A program made the position numbers and the translations under genes. A stretch of 62,978 nt of DNA, filler included, from Dugesia japonica (taxonomy: Eukaryota), in the NCBI GenBank assembly GCA_001938525.1. It is 6 parts of 6 records of this genome, joined end to end, with 100 filler letters (N's around TTAATTAATTAA, not from the genome) between each part and the next. Parts side by side here need not be neighbours in the genome. Positions count along the whole stretch, not along the records: positions 1 to 14,637 come from MQRL01201567.1; 5 more parts are not named here. One strand, 5' to 3'. The notes under the pieces are model-generated. The model was not told where the DNA came from, did not search any database, and was given only the letters and a program-made list of their open reading frames with translations. Of this stretch, positions 1 to 14,000 are shown piece by piece. Numbering within the stretch: the stretch's first letter is position 1; each line of letters begins with the position of its first letter.

Positions 1-1564
1 GATTTTCCTTTTCATTATTTCCTTCTTTTCAATTAATGAATCAGTTCCTTGGCCATCGTTTATTATTTTCGTTAATTATTTTTATTAAAATATTTAAAAA
101 AAATATCGACTTTTTAATTTAATGAAATATCTCATTTTACATATAAATTTCATAAAATATTTTACTTAATAATTTCATAAAATAAATTAAAAATATCGAT
201 TTAATTTTATGGAATATTTTATTTTACATGTTTTAAAAAACATTTTAAAATTATATATATATAAAAATTAAAGAAATATATTTAAATCTGAATAATTCTT
301 ACAATCTCATTATATTCATATTTATTTTGTATGGGTAAATTAAATCAACATATAAAACAACACGATTTTATCATCAATGTGATGCATTATGTGAATTCTT
401 TACATAAATATTATAATTATTCAATAAATATAAATTATATTAAAATAAGCATTGATTTCAATAGGATGTTTACTTATTTTTTACAAGTCTAAATATAATC
501 TTTATTTTTTATTAATTTCATACAAATATAACTAGTCTTCTAATAAAATAAACCATCATACATTCAGTTTATTCAATAATTATAACATATAAAACCATTT
601 AAACTATTTAAAACATTTTTAGCAAAGTTTATTCAGAACAATGAGAAAATTATTTAATATTTACATAAAAGTATAGGTAAATTTATAGAAATTATATAGA
701 AGCCATAAAAATTTACAAAGATCAATAACATAGGTACAGAATATTAACATTTACTGGGGAGAATTCAGCAGCAATAATAATAATTTCTGTACCTTCAATG
801 TTTTCATAGAATCGTTTATTCATTCTAAATAAATGATTAAAACCCATCAATAATTCGCTTAATATACTATAATACGGACTATTAGACTATCCAACCTATA
901 CTATTTTATAATTTTTAATTGCTTTAATTTTGTTAAAATTTTTGTAGTAGTTTGAATTGCTTCACAAGTAATCATTTTCATTTTTTTCTCAATTATTAAT
1001 TTTTTGACCATTATTATTATTTTCACTTGCTAGATTATTATCCAGACATATGACATAAAATTTTAATAAAGAACAAAATATATATGAATTTAAAGACTTT
1101 TACAAAAATATGGATTTTTAAAAAATACCAATATCTTCTTTAAAATATTTTCAGTTACATTTCTTTGAAATCGCTATAATTTTAAACTTAAATTATTAAA
1201 ATGCAAAAAGAGCTTATAAAAATGGAAAATGTGGCCTATAAAAATGGTGAAAATAAGCTTTTAAAAATTGAAAGTTTCTAATACATTAATATAAAAAATT
1301 AAACAATTTGAAAATGCTATACTAAATTTAGAATGAATATCATTTCCATTGTTTTAATAAATTATTTGAATTCACTCTTAACATGTGAAATGAAAATCAA
1401 ATTACTGTGTTGCACACATATTATGTTAACGAATTGAATTATTAATTTATATATTTATAGGGAAAAAATGTCAATAGAAATTATTACATACACTTTTAAA
1501 TTCACATAATAATCAAGTAACTTGATCGAATTTTATTAAATAATAGATTTGTAAAAATGAATAA

Positions 1565-1777
1565 ATGATTAAAAAATTATTGAACATAATAAAGTACATG
1601 GCTTTCGCCTTCAACTGTGGACTATATGATAAAGTTGTCACATTGNNNNNNNNNNNNNNNNNNNNNNNNNNNNNNNNNNNNNNNNNNNNNNNNNNNNNNN
1701 NNNNNNNNNNNNNNNNNATTGACGAAATTATTAAAAGTCTAATAAATGCAAAATTAACATTCTATTTGGCACCATAA
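1565..1777 (+). CDS. Probable fragment of a second ankyrin-repeat gene spanning an N gap
   Basis: Left of the gap, FAFNCGLYDKVVTL resembles FACxNGHIDIVKIL. Right of the gap, IDEIIKSLINAKL resembles the capping repeat EEIIDILVNAKL at 14040-14117. Both matches are short. Confidence 0.4.
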   Translation: MIKKLLNIIKYMAFAFNCGLYDKVVTLXXXXXXXXXXXXXXXXXXXXXXXXIDEIIKSLINAKLTFYLAP

Positions 1778-2074
1778 TTCAAAAAAGCATAAAATGATTT
1801 TAATAAAATTAACTGGAAATTTTCAGTTTTGACTGGAAATTTCAACATAGTTTCCGATTTGATATATAATGTAAAATTTGTATTCAAAGAACAACAAAAA
1901 ATAATACTGGAATACATGGTAAATATATAACATGTGTGTATAATAGCATATCTCTGGTTTTCTACTCTTTGTTTATAACAAAAAAGCACAATTTGAATAT
2001 TTAAATAAATATTTATCAAATTTTTCTACATTAGAATTAGAATAATTATTTAAGAAAATTTTGTTACAGCTCAA

Positions 2075-5000
2075 ATGAAGTTCGAATAAAATTTCTGATT
2101 TTTCTTAAACAAGTTTTTTAGTGATTTTCAATTATTAATCGATGCGGTTGAATCTGGATCTGATTGGGAAATTGAAAATAGATTTAAACGCTACTATATT
2201 GAAATGACAGATGTAAGATAAGTTACTTAAAATAAATTCTATTAAAAAAAACTTGTAATAAAGAAGGAATTATGGGGTCTGTTTGAATATGCCTGCGGCC
2301 ATGATAAAGTTCATATAGTGGAATTAATATTATCCAATAATTGTGAATTTGAGTCAAACACAAAAGTAATCTCTATTTGGATAATATTTGAATAAATATT
2401 GATATAGAATGGATGTAAACCGATACATTTTGCGTGTGAGAAGGGTTATATAGATATAGTAAAAATATTAATTGCAAACAAATGTGATATTAATTCATAT
2501 AATAATGTAATTTTATTGTGATTTACTTGATGAATGATCAATAAGTTAGGATGCTTTTCAATCGATACACTTTGCAACAATGAATGGTCATATTGAAATC
2601 GTCAAAATATTACTCGAAAACCAATGTGATATCAATACATCTGATAATGTGATTTGTTTTACTAAATAATTTTTGAATTAAAAGGTTTAGAAAGGATATC
2701 AACCGATACATTTGGCTTGTATTAATGGTCATATTGATATTATCAGTTTATTGATTGCAAACAAATGTGATATCAATGCGTGTACTAATGTAGGGCTTTT
2801 TGATGTTTTCTCAATAATTTATGAAAAAACGTTAATTTAGTTCGGATATCAACCAATACATTTTGCCGTTGAGCATGATCATATTGACATAGTAAAACAG
2901 TTAATAGCAACTAAGTGCGATATCAATGCATCTAATAAACATGTATTGCACTTTTTTCATTTTCAATAATTAGTAAAGAACATTATTTTAGAATGGTCAT
3001 CAACCGATACATTTCGCTTGTATGTTCGGCCATATTGATATTGTCAGATTATTGATTGCAAACAAATGTGATATCAATGCAAGTGACAAAGTAAATTTTT
3101 GGTCTCTCTTAGTTTCCCTCCACATTTTTCATATTTTTGTTTTACCATAATTTTAACATAATCAAGTTTATTAATAAATATTAAACATAATAAGTCACTT
3201 TGGTGACCTGAAGGTTGCTATATTACCTAAAATACAATNNNNNNNNNNNNNNNNNNNNNNNNNNNNNNNNNNNNNNNNNNNNNNNNNNNNNNNNNNNNNN
3301 NNNNNNNNNNNTTTGTTCTTTCGTTGGATTCTAATTAGATTTCACTCTCCATGTTACACCTTGTGATTGGGTGATCAAAATTTTGTTAGTGATTCACTCT
3401 TAAATGGGTGTGATTCGATAAAACAAATATTATAAAAAGACCACATATCTGATATAATATTGGCACCTGGATGAATTGATTGTTCTCCAACTGATCACAG
3501 TAATTTTGCTATCCTTTCAGGAACTCAATACAAAAAAATATCCTCCATTTTTTCTCTGCATATTCTAATAAATACCAATTGTGAGTCAGAGATACGGCCA
3601 ATGTTATCTTTTGTCGTATAATGAAACTCATCTATTTTTAGCTGTTGTATTTGATCCGCCGTTTTGCACAATAGAATTATTAATCAAAGAAGCGACAAAT
3701 ACACATCTCATGTAAATAGTTGTTATAATTCACTACTGTGAAAACTGACATATTCAACTCGCTTTAGCAATTTAATTCATAACATCAGCTGTAAATGAAT
3801 AATACCATTTCTTTTACACTGCACTCCCTCCGACTGAAAATGTTTTCTCCGACTGATTTTCTTTTAAATTGAGTGTCCCGATGGTGTCATATGTTTTTGG
3901 TTTAAATCAATCGAAATTAATTACTTTTAAATAGATAAGTTACATTTCCCAGAGTAATTAGAGTCTATGGCATAGAAAAGAGTAATTAGAATCTATGTGC
4001 CATAGAATCTATGGCACGTGTGCCCTAAGTGGCACGCAAAGTTGGTATGCTGCTAAGAGCAATTAAAGGGCCAAATAACACATTTGCAAATTTATTTTGA
4101 TTATTTCCTGACACTTAAAAGAAAATAACAATTAAAACATTACAAAAAGAAATGTGTTACTTATGAATTTTCTAGTTAAGCAAACCATATTAATTTTGTC
4201 AAATACTACTATTAGTTAAATTTAAAGTCTCAAAAGTCTCCATAAATTGTCACAATTCTTTTCTTAAAAAATAAAAATATGAAATAACAATTCAAAAATT
4301 TCAAACAAATAATCTGAGAAAATATTTTTCAAAAATATTGGTTTTTTAAATTCCAAAATAATTATTTTTAAACCTCATTTTTGAAAATAATTTTATAATT
4401 TAACACCATGTAAAATTTTAACTTTAATTTAAAATATCTTTGTTTTATCTATATATTTATTTATTTTTCAACTTTATAATTTTTAAAATTTTATATTTTA
4501 AAATTTCAAAAAAACCAATCTTAATGTTAAATATAAAAATTAAAAAATCTCACACATCCGAAATTCATGAATCGATACTCACAACTACAATTACTTAATA
4601 ACTATTTTGAGTTTAAATTGATTTTATTTGAATTAGTTCTGAGAACTTATTTATAAAATAGTTGGTTAATGATATTGACTTCTTTTTTNTTATAAAATTA
4701 TTGATAGTTCATATATGGAATCGTTTTAAAAATGAATTTATATATAATTTCTGCTTTAATTATATTGATGAATAATCTTTAAAAAATTATTTTCTTAAGT
4801 AGTACCTAATACTTAAGAACAGTCATATTTCGTATTGTTTCAACACTTATTTATTTACCCAATTAGAATATCAAGAATGTACGATCAACCAGTAAAGAAA
4901 CAATATTGGAATGAAGGAAAGAACATTATATATTTTCAAGAATGGTGAACCACAAAATTTGATATGACAAAAAGCGGTGATAAGGTACTTTGTGGTTTAT

Positions 5001-8000
5001 GTTCAGAAACAGTATCTTGTAGAACTTGATCTGTGAAGCGGTATTATGGAACCGTTCATAAATATCTATATCATAAAAATGATAATTAACATAAAGAATA
5101 TATTTCTAGTTGACTTGATAAAAAATAAAATCCAGTAAGATGTTTTAATTAAATTTCCATCGAGAAGTTCCAACAGCTAGTTTTCAAATATCAAAGATTA
5201 TCGCTCAACATGGAAAACCATTCAGTAATGGAGATTATATTAAAGAACCATCAATAGAATCCGCTCCTATTTGCGGGTTTGCTAGAAAAAGAAAACATTA
5301 TCCCAAGGGTTTACGAATTTGCTACTGAGCAGGAATACAGTGAAAGATAGGATATTGAAAATGGCAATAAATGTATCAGAACAGCTAGCATAAGATATTG
5401 CATTATATAAGTACTTTTCAATTTGTGTTGATGAGAGTAAGGATAGGACATTATCAGCTAGAATAGCCATCATTATTAGATTTTCTCTTTGTCATGAGAT
5501 ACGCGAGGAATTGATTAACTTGGTAATTTTACCTGAAAGAACTACAGGCTCTGAAATATGTAACACTAGTGTAAATGAACTAAATGTTAAAAAATTTGAT
5601 TTTTCAAAAGTGGTAACTGTGACAACAGATGATGAATCAAGTGTGGTTGGTAAGGAAGCTGGTTTATATCTTTTTTAAAAAAGATGTTGTACATCCAGTT
5701 CTAAAGTTTCATTGCATTATACATTAGGAAACTTTGCGCAAATTCTGTGCTTAAAGAAATCGAAGAAGTTATGAAAACTTAAACCAATTTTATTTCAGTG
5801 CGTCCGTTGAAGAAAAACAATTCCAAAATCTACTGAGTGAAATAAATTCAGTATACAAAGGATTACTTATGTACAACAATGTTCGCTGGCGTAGCAGAGG
5901 TTACGTTCTTCAAAGATTTGTTGAATGTTTTGAGAAAATTCGTATGTTTATGTTGGATGAGAAACTGTTATTTCAAGAATTGTATGATGTCTTGTGAACT
6001 TGCAGACTAATGTTTTTTTTACAGATTTTACCCAGAACTTAATTGATTTAAATATAATATTACAAGGACTTGGACAAACGGTTGATATTATGTTTGATCT
6101 CATAAGAGCTTTTGAAATAAAATTAAGAGTATTTAAACATAATATCTGTTAGATGAGTTTTGAGAACTCGGATTATCAACATCAAAATTCAGTTCTATAA
6201 AGTTTATTCCAAAAAACAAATTATGCTTAACACTTTTTGTTTATTCAAACAAATTAAAATCCCGTGTTTTCATTGGTGATTATTTCTTAAAATTAATTTA
6301 CTTTAATTTATTATTAAACCAAATATTTGTTATTTAAATTTTTCATCAACAATATAAATCTCTCCTTTAAACAAAAGATTTTAAAATATGATATTCAATC
6401 ACAAATAAATTTTAACCTGCTTTTCAAAACCACTCGCAATATCAACACTGACAAACTTAAATATTTACCGAATATCCAAAAATACCTAACTAATCTTGGA
6501 GATCCAATACCAGATGTTCAAAGATTCCAGATACAATTCTTATCAGTTATTGATTCGAACTTTTAAAAGTTCTCTTAAAGATTTTTTCAGTTGCGGTCAT
6601 TAGAAAAAGAAACCAAAAAATTCATAAAATATGCAGACAAGGAAGACTAAACGAACTGAAGCTGGTTATGTTCCAATGGATTAATTTGTATGATTTTGAA
6701 GTGCAGTTGATTGACTTACATAGTAGCTGTATTTGGAGGCAACAAATTATCGATTTGAGACATGAAGTAGAAAGTATTGTAAGAGATAGGTTAGCTGGAT
6801 CAATGCTGAACAATGCATAAAATTATGTTCTGAAAACATGGAATTCCGTGCTGAAAATTTTCAGTGTCTAAAAAATGTAGCAGTGGCAATACTCTCGATA
6901 TTTTCCTCTTCTTACTCATGTGAATCATTATTTTCAATTATGAACCTATTCAAGTACTATTTTAGGAGTAATTTTACTGATGCCTCAATTGGAGCTTGTG
7001 TAATGGTAAAAACAACAAAATATAAACCTGATGTGGATTCATCTGTTTTCTTCTTTACAACAACAGAAATCATACTAACAATGATTGGTATTTCATTGGA
7101 ACTCCGTGCATTTGATGACTAATGTTTATTATTATAATTTAATTCTGTCACGTGTTATTTTCCTTTTTGTTTCATATAAATTGTAATTTTGTTATAATAT
7201 TATGTTATTCTACACAGAAGAAAAATGTAATAAAGGACTGATAGAGATTTTCTATGCTATTTAATTTATATAATTACTTTTGTTATGCATTCTAATAAAA
7301 TATTTAAACTTCAAAACAAATAATTGTGAATACCATTTAAAAAATTATGGTTTTTTGTTAAAAAAACATCCTATGTCTCTTATAGACATAAAAATAATCG
7401 ATAACTCTATTTCACTCGACAGGTTGGCACGCGAGTATACTCTTGTTACATAAACTTTGGCACACAGCCGCCAAAAGGTTCGCCATCCCTGGTCTAGGTG
7501 CTTTCCAGGTAATATTGACAATACTAATAATAATAATAAAAATAATAATAATAATAATAAAAATGATAAAAATAATAATAATAATATCAAATAATATTAA
7601 AATATCAATATTTAAATTATGAGAAAATGTTAATTCAGGATGGCTATCGACCGATATATTTTGCTTATAAAAATGGTCATATTGATATTGTGAAAATATT
7701 GATTGTAAACAAATGCGACATCAATGCATCTGATATAATTGTAATATTTTCATTAATAAATAACTAATTTATGAATAAGTTTTATCTTAGAACAGAAATC
7801 AACTAATTCATTATGCCTGTATGAAAAGCGATATTGAAATTGTAAAATTATTAATTTCGGGGAAATGTGATATCAATGCGTCTGATAAAGTAGTTTATTT
7901 GTTTTTGTATAAAATAATTTATTGACATTGATTATTTTAGAATGGATATCAACCAATTCACATAGCTACTGAAAATAGTCATAAGGATATTATGAAAATA

Positions 8001-11000
8001 TTGATTGACAAAAAATGTGATATCAATGCATCTACCAATGTTATTTGTTATTTTAAAAATGTGCAATAAAAAAATGCTAATTAGGATGGAAAGCAACCGG
8101 TACATTTTACCTGTAAGAACGGCCATGTTAATAATCTGAAAACTTTGATTGCTAACAATTGTGATATCAATGCCTCTACCAATGTTACTTGTTGTTTTAT
8201 AAATGATTTATGAATAAATACAAATCCAGGATGGAGGTCAACCGATACATTTTGCTTGTAAGAATGGTCACATTGATATTGTTAAAATATTGATTGTAAA
8301 CAAATGTGATATTAATGCGTCTGATAAAGTAAATTATTTTTAGTTTAATTAATAATTATTGAGAAGTGCTAACTCAGAATGGGTATCAACCGATACATTT
8401 GGCTTTTGAGAATAAATACAATGATATCGTGAAAACTTTAATTTTAAACCATTGCAATGTCAATGCATCTGATAAGGTAATTTATTATTATATAAAAACT
8501 TTATAAATGTGTGTTAAATTAGAATGGATATCAACCAATGCATTTTGCTTGTGATAATGGTCAAATTGATATTGTGAAAATATTGATTACAAACAAATGT
8601 GATATCAATGCAGTGACTAAAGTATTTTATTTGCTATTGATTTATAAATAAGTATTAATTAAGAGTGGTTATCAACCGATACATTTGGCATGCAAGAAAG
8701 GTCATATTGATATTGTGAAAATATTGATTACAAAAAGTTGTGATATCAATGGATCTGATAATGTGATTAATTCTGCTTTATTAAATCATTTGTAAAGAAG
8801 TTATATTTAAGAATGGATATCAACCCATACATTTTGCCTGTGAAAGTGGTCATATTGATATTGTGAAAATATTGATTGGAAAGAAATGTGATATCAATGC
8901 TGCTAACAAATTTGTAATTTATTTGTTATTTCACTAAACCTTAAAATCAACACAAATGTCTCATTAGAAACGATATAATCCGATACATTTTGCCTGTAAT
9001 TATGGTCATATTGACATTGTGAAATTACTAATTAGAAATAACTGTGATATCAATGTTTCAACAAATGTAATTTTTTATTAATTTGTTTTTTAAAATAATG
9101 AGAAAACTTTAATTTAGGATGGGTACACACCAATACATTTGGCTTACAGGAATAATCATATCGATATTGTGAAATTATTGATTGAAAATAAATGTGATAT
9201 CAATTCGTCTGATAATGTTACACATTTAATATTTATTGTATATAATCTATGAATGTTTTCTTTAAGAAAAGAAATCAATTAATTCATTTAGCCTCTGAGA
9301 ATGGTGATATGAAGATTTTGAAAGTATTGATATTAAATGACTGCGATATTAGCGCATCTAATTATGTAATTCCTTTGAATTATTTAAAGAAATTTATGGA
9401 AATAATAATAATTTAGAATGGGACTCAACCAATTCATTTGGCATGTAAGAATGGTCATTGTAAAATTATGCGAAAACTTATTGCAAGAAAATGTGATATC
9501 AATGCATATAATAATGTATTTTAATATGTTAAAATAAAAAGTAATGATTAAAATTAATTAAGGATTACTATCAACCTATACATTTTGCGAGTAAAAATGG
9601 GCATGCTGACATTGTCAAATTTTTAATTGCAAATCAAAGTGATATCAAAGTTTCTGATAAATATGTATCTTAATTTAATCCTTCGTAAAAACAAAAATGA
9701 CAAAATATATATTTAGAAAAAATATCAACCAATACATTTGGCTTGTGAGAATGGTCATATTGATATTGTGAAAATATTGATTGGGAACGATTGTGATATC
9801 AATGCATATACTAACGTATATTATGTTTTATTCTAAAATCGTCTATGACAAGAATTCTTATATAGAATGGCGATCTCCCGATTCACTTGGCATGTAAAAA
9901 TGGTCATATTGATATTGTGAAAATATTGATTGCTAACAAATGTGATATCAATGCATTTGATAAAGTAATGTATTTGATATTTACGTAAATAATTAATGAA
10001 TATATGTCAATTTAGGATGGATATCAATCAATTCATTTGGTCAGTAAAAATGGTTATTTTGATATTGTGAAAATATTGATTGAAAACAATTGTAATATCA
10101 ACGCATTTGATAAATATGTGAAAGATTTTTTTTTCAGTTTGATAATATAACTTTTTTAGAATAATTGTAAGCCAATACATTTAGCATGTGAGAATAATCA
10201 TATTGATATTATTGACTTATTAATTAAAAACTCTTGTGATATCAATGCCTATACTAAAGTAATGTTTGTTACTTCACAAATATGATACATTAATGATTAT
10301 ATAGGATGGGAGTCAACCAATACACTTGGCATATAAAAATATTTGCATTGATATTGTAAAACTATTGATTGAAAACTACTGTAGTATCATTTCAAATAAT
10401 AAAGTTAATTTTTATTTACTAATTAACTTACGAATAAATGCTAATGAAGGACGGATGGCAACCAATTCATTTTGCTTGTAAGAATGGACATATTGATATT
10501 GTAAATGTATTGATTGCAAAGAAATGCAATATTAATGCATTTAACCACGTAATTTATTTAGTAGCTACTTATTGATTTCCTGAGTAAATTTTATTTCAGA
10601 ATGGGAACCAACCAATACATCTTGCTTGTGATGGTGGTCATGTAGATATTATGAAAATATTAATTGCAAACACATGTGATATTAACGCATTAAATAATGT
10701 AATATACAAAATAGCCACATTTAGGTTTTCCTACTAAAATTTATTTTAGGATGGAAATCCACCTATACACTTGGCCTATAAAGGTAGTCACATTGTTATA
10801 GTAAGAATATTAATTGAAAATAAATGTGATATCAATGCAGTTGATAAAGTAATTTTGTATATATTTACTGATAAATACTTTTGTCAATATCTTTATTTAG
10901 AATGGAAATCAGGTTATACATTTGGCTTGTAAGAATGGTAATATTGATATTGTAAAATCATTGATTATGAAAGGATGCCATATCAATGCATACAACACAG

Positions 11001-14000
11001 TAATTTAAATTTTTCATACTAAATTCATTAATAATAAATAATCAGCAAGGATATCAACCTATACATTTTGCCTCTAAGTATGGTCATAGTGAAATTCTAA
11101 AATTATTGATTGCAAACAATTGTGATATCAATACACAAAATAAAGCAATAGATTTTTTCATTTATGATTAATTATGATTAACTGTTTTAAGAGGTGTTAT
11201 CAACCGATACATTTAGCGTGTAAAAATGGGCATTTAGATGTGGTAAAAATATTGGTTGATAATAATTGTGATATCACTTCACTTACTAATGTGAGCTGAT
11301 TAGTTTTTTCGTGTAGCTAACATAATAGCACTTATTTAGTTTGATAGTGAACCAATACATTTGGCTTGCGAAAATGGGAATATTGATATTGTGAAAATAT
11401 TGATTGCAAATAATTGTGATATCAATGCTATTGATAATGTTATTTATATTATTTATTGATAGATTTAAATAAAATATTTATTTAGAATGGATGTAGTCCA
11501 ATACACTTAGCGATTAAAAATTGTTGTATTGATATTGTGAAAATATTGATTGCAAACAAATGTAATATCAAATTGTATAATAATGTTATTTTTTAGTTTA
11601 TCCGAAGTATTTCGTATTTTATTTTAAGTTTAGAATATGTATCAACCTATACATTTGGCTTGTGAGAATAATCTTATTGATATTATTAAAGTCTTAATTT
11701 TAAACAAATGCGATATTAATACTCCTGAGAAAGTAAGTTAATTGTATGTGTTAAGATAAACACTAGTAGGTGTTTGAAAATTAAAATCTGAAACCCATAA
11801 CATTTATTCAAATATAAAATTAATAATAATAAATACCAACTATTAATAAAACAAATTTAACTTTTTATTTAAAAAAATTCAAAAATTTTATAATTAATTA
11901 ATAAAAAATTGAAAACTAAAAAACACGCATAAAAAATTTTAAAAATATTTAGCTCTTCTAATAATATACTTTAAAATAATAAATAAAATTTATTTAGAAT
12001 GGATATCAACCGATACATTTGATCTGTAAGAATGGCCGCGTTGATATTTTTAAAATTTTGATTGAAAGCTTTTGTAATATAGAAGCTTCTGACATTGTAA
12101 TTTACCTTTTGAAAAAAATCTGTCTTTACATACCAATTTAGCAAATTTATCAACCAATTCATATTGCAAGTGAGAATGGTCATATAGATATTGCGAAAAT
12201 ATTGATTGAAAGGAAATGTGATATAAATGCATCTGATAAAGTAATTTATTTGTTATTTCCATAAATAAAAATTAGTATAGGAAGGACACAAACCCATACA
12301 TTTGGCATGTATTAATGGACACATTGATATTGTGAAAATTCTTATTGCCGCTAAATGTGATACAAACGCATACACAAAAGTATTTAAATTGCTATTTACT
12401 AATTAAATTATGACTGATTAAATGTATAGAATGGATATCAACCGATTCATCTGGCATATGATAATGGCCATATTGAAATTGTGAAAATATTGATTTCAAA
12501 TACATGTGATATAAGTGCATCTATCAAAGTTATTTATTTGTTGTGAACTATATAATGTTTGATTGCATGTTAATAAAGGGTGGATATCAACCAATACATT
12601 TGGCCTGCATGAATGGTAATATAGATATTGCGAAAATGTTAATTACTCAACAATGTGATATAAATGCAACTACCGATGTCATCAATTGTTATATTCTAAA
12701 AAAACTTATGAATATTTATTTAGGATGGAAACAAACCAATACATTTGGCCAGTAAACATGGTTTCATTGATATTCTAAAAATATTGATTGTAAAGAAATG
12801 TGATATCAATGCATTTACTTATGTTAATTACTTCTTATTTATGAAAATAATTAATAAATGTGAATTTAGAATAAACTTCAGCCTATTCATATGGCCTGTA
12901 AAAATGGCCATATTGATATTATGAAAATACTAATTGCTTACCAATGTGATATCAATGCATATTACAAAGTAAATTACTCAAATTTAAAGAGATTAAGAAT
13001 AATATTTATTTCAGAATGGATATAGATTGATACATTTGGTCTGTAAAAATGGTCACATTGATATTTTGAAAATCTTGGTCACAAGCAATTGTGAAATCAA
13101 TGTCATTGATGATGTTATTTATTAGTTATTTCTTAATTATATTTTTGTCAATTTTATTTAGGATACATTTTACCAGCCGATACATTTTACCTGTATGAAT
13201 GGCCATATTGATGCTACAAAAATATTAATTACAAATATGTGTGATATCCACGCACGTGATAAAGCAATTGATTTCTTATTTGATAAATAGCTTCATTGAT
13301 AATTGTTACTTTAGAATGGATATCAACCAATTCATTTTGTCTGTCAGAATGGTCATATTGATATTTTGAAAATATTGATTGCAAACGAATGTGATATCAA
13401 TACCTCTGATAACGTTGTAATTTATTTGTTATTTGCTATACAATTTCATGAATAAATTAGAATGGATATCAACCGATACATTTTGCTTGCAAGAATGGTC
13501 ATATTGAAATTGTGAAAATATTGATTGTAAACCATTGTGATATCAATTCATCTGATAAAGTATTTCTTCATTTTCAAAACATTTTCAGAATAAAGTTTTT
13601 AAAGTTTGGATTCCAACCGCTACATTTAGCCTGTGAAAACGGTCATTTTGAAATTGTAAAATTATTGATTGCGAGCAAATGTGTTATCAATGCATTAAAT
13701 GATGTGGATTTTTTGTTATTTTCCAAACGTTTTATGACATTATATTAAATTAGAATGGACATTTGGCAATCCATTTCGCCTGTATGAATGGACTTAATGA
13801 TATTTTGCAAATTTTAATTTCGAATAATTGTGATATCAATGCAACTGATAAAGTAATTTTTGAGAAAAAATTCACGAATGATTTTTTATACAGGATGCTT
13901 ATCAACCAATACATTGGGCCTGCAAAAATGGCGATATTAACATTATAAAAACTTTAATTGCAAATAATTGCAATTTAGATGCATTAACAATAGTATTTTA

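Noticed and set aside
7932-12262. Minus-strand ORFs over the ankyrin array (7932-8126, 11971-12183, 12050-12262)
   Set aside because: They are antisense shadows of the ankyrin exons.
2408-13992. CRISPR-like repeat/spacer array (about 145-nt period)
   Set aside because: The conserved units are 99-nt coding exons with synonymous variation, and the 'spacers' are GT-AG introns. No cas genes; eukaryotic context.
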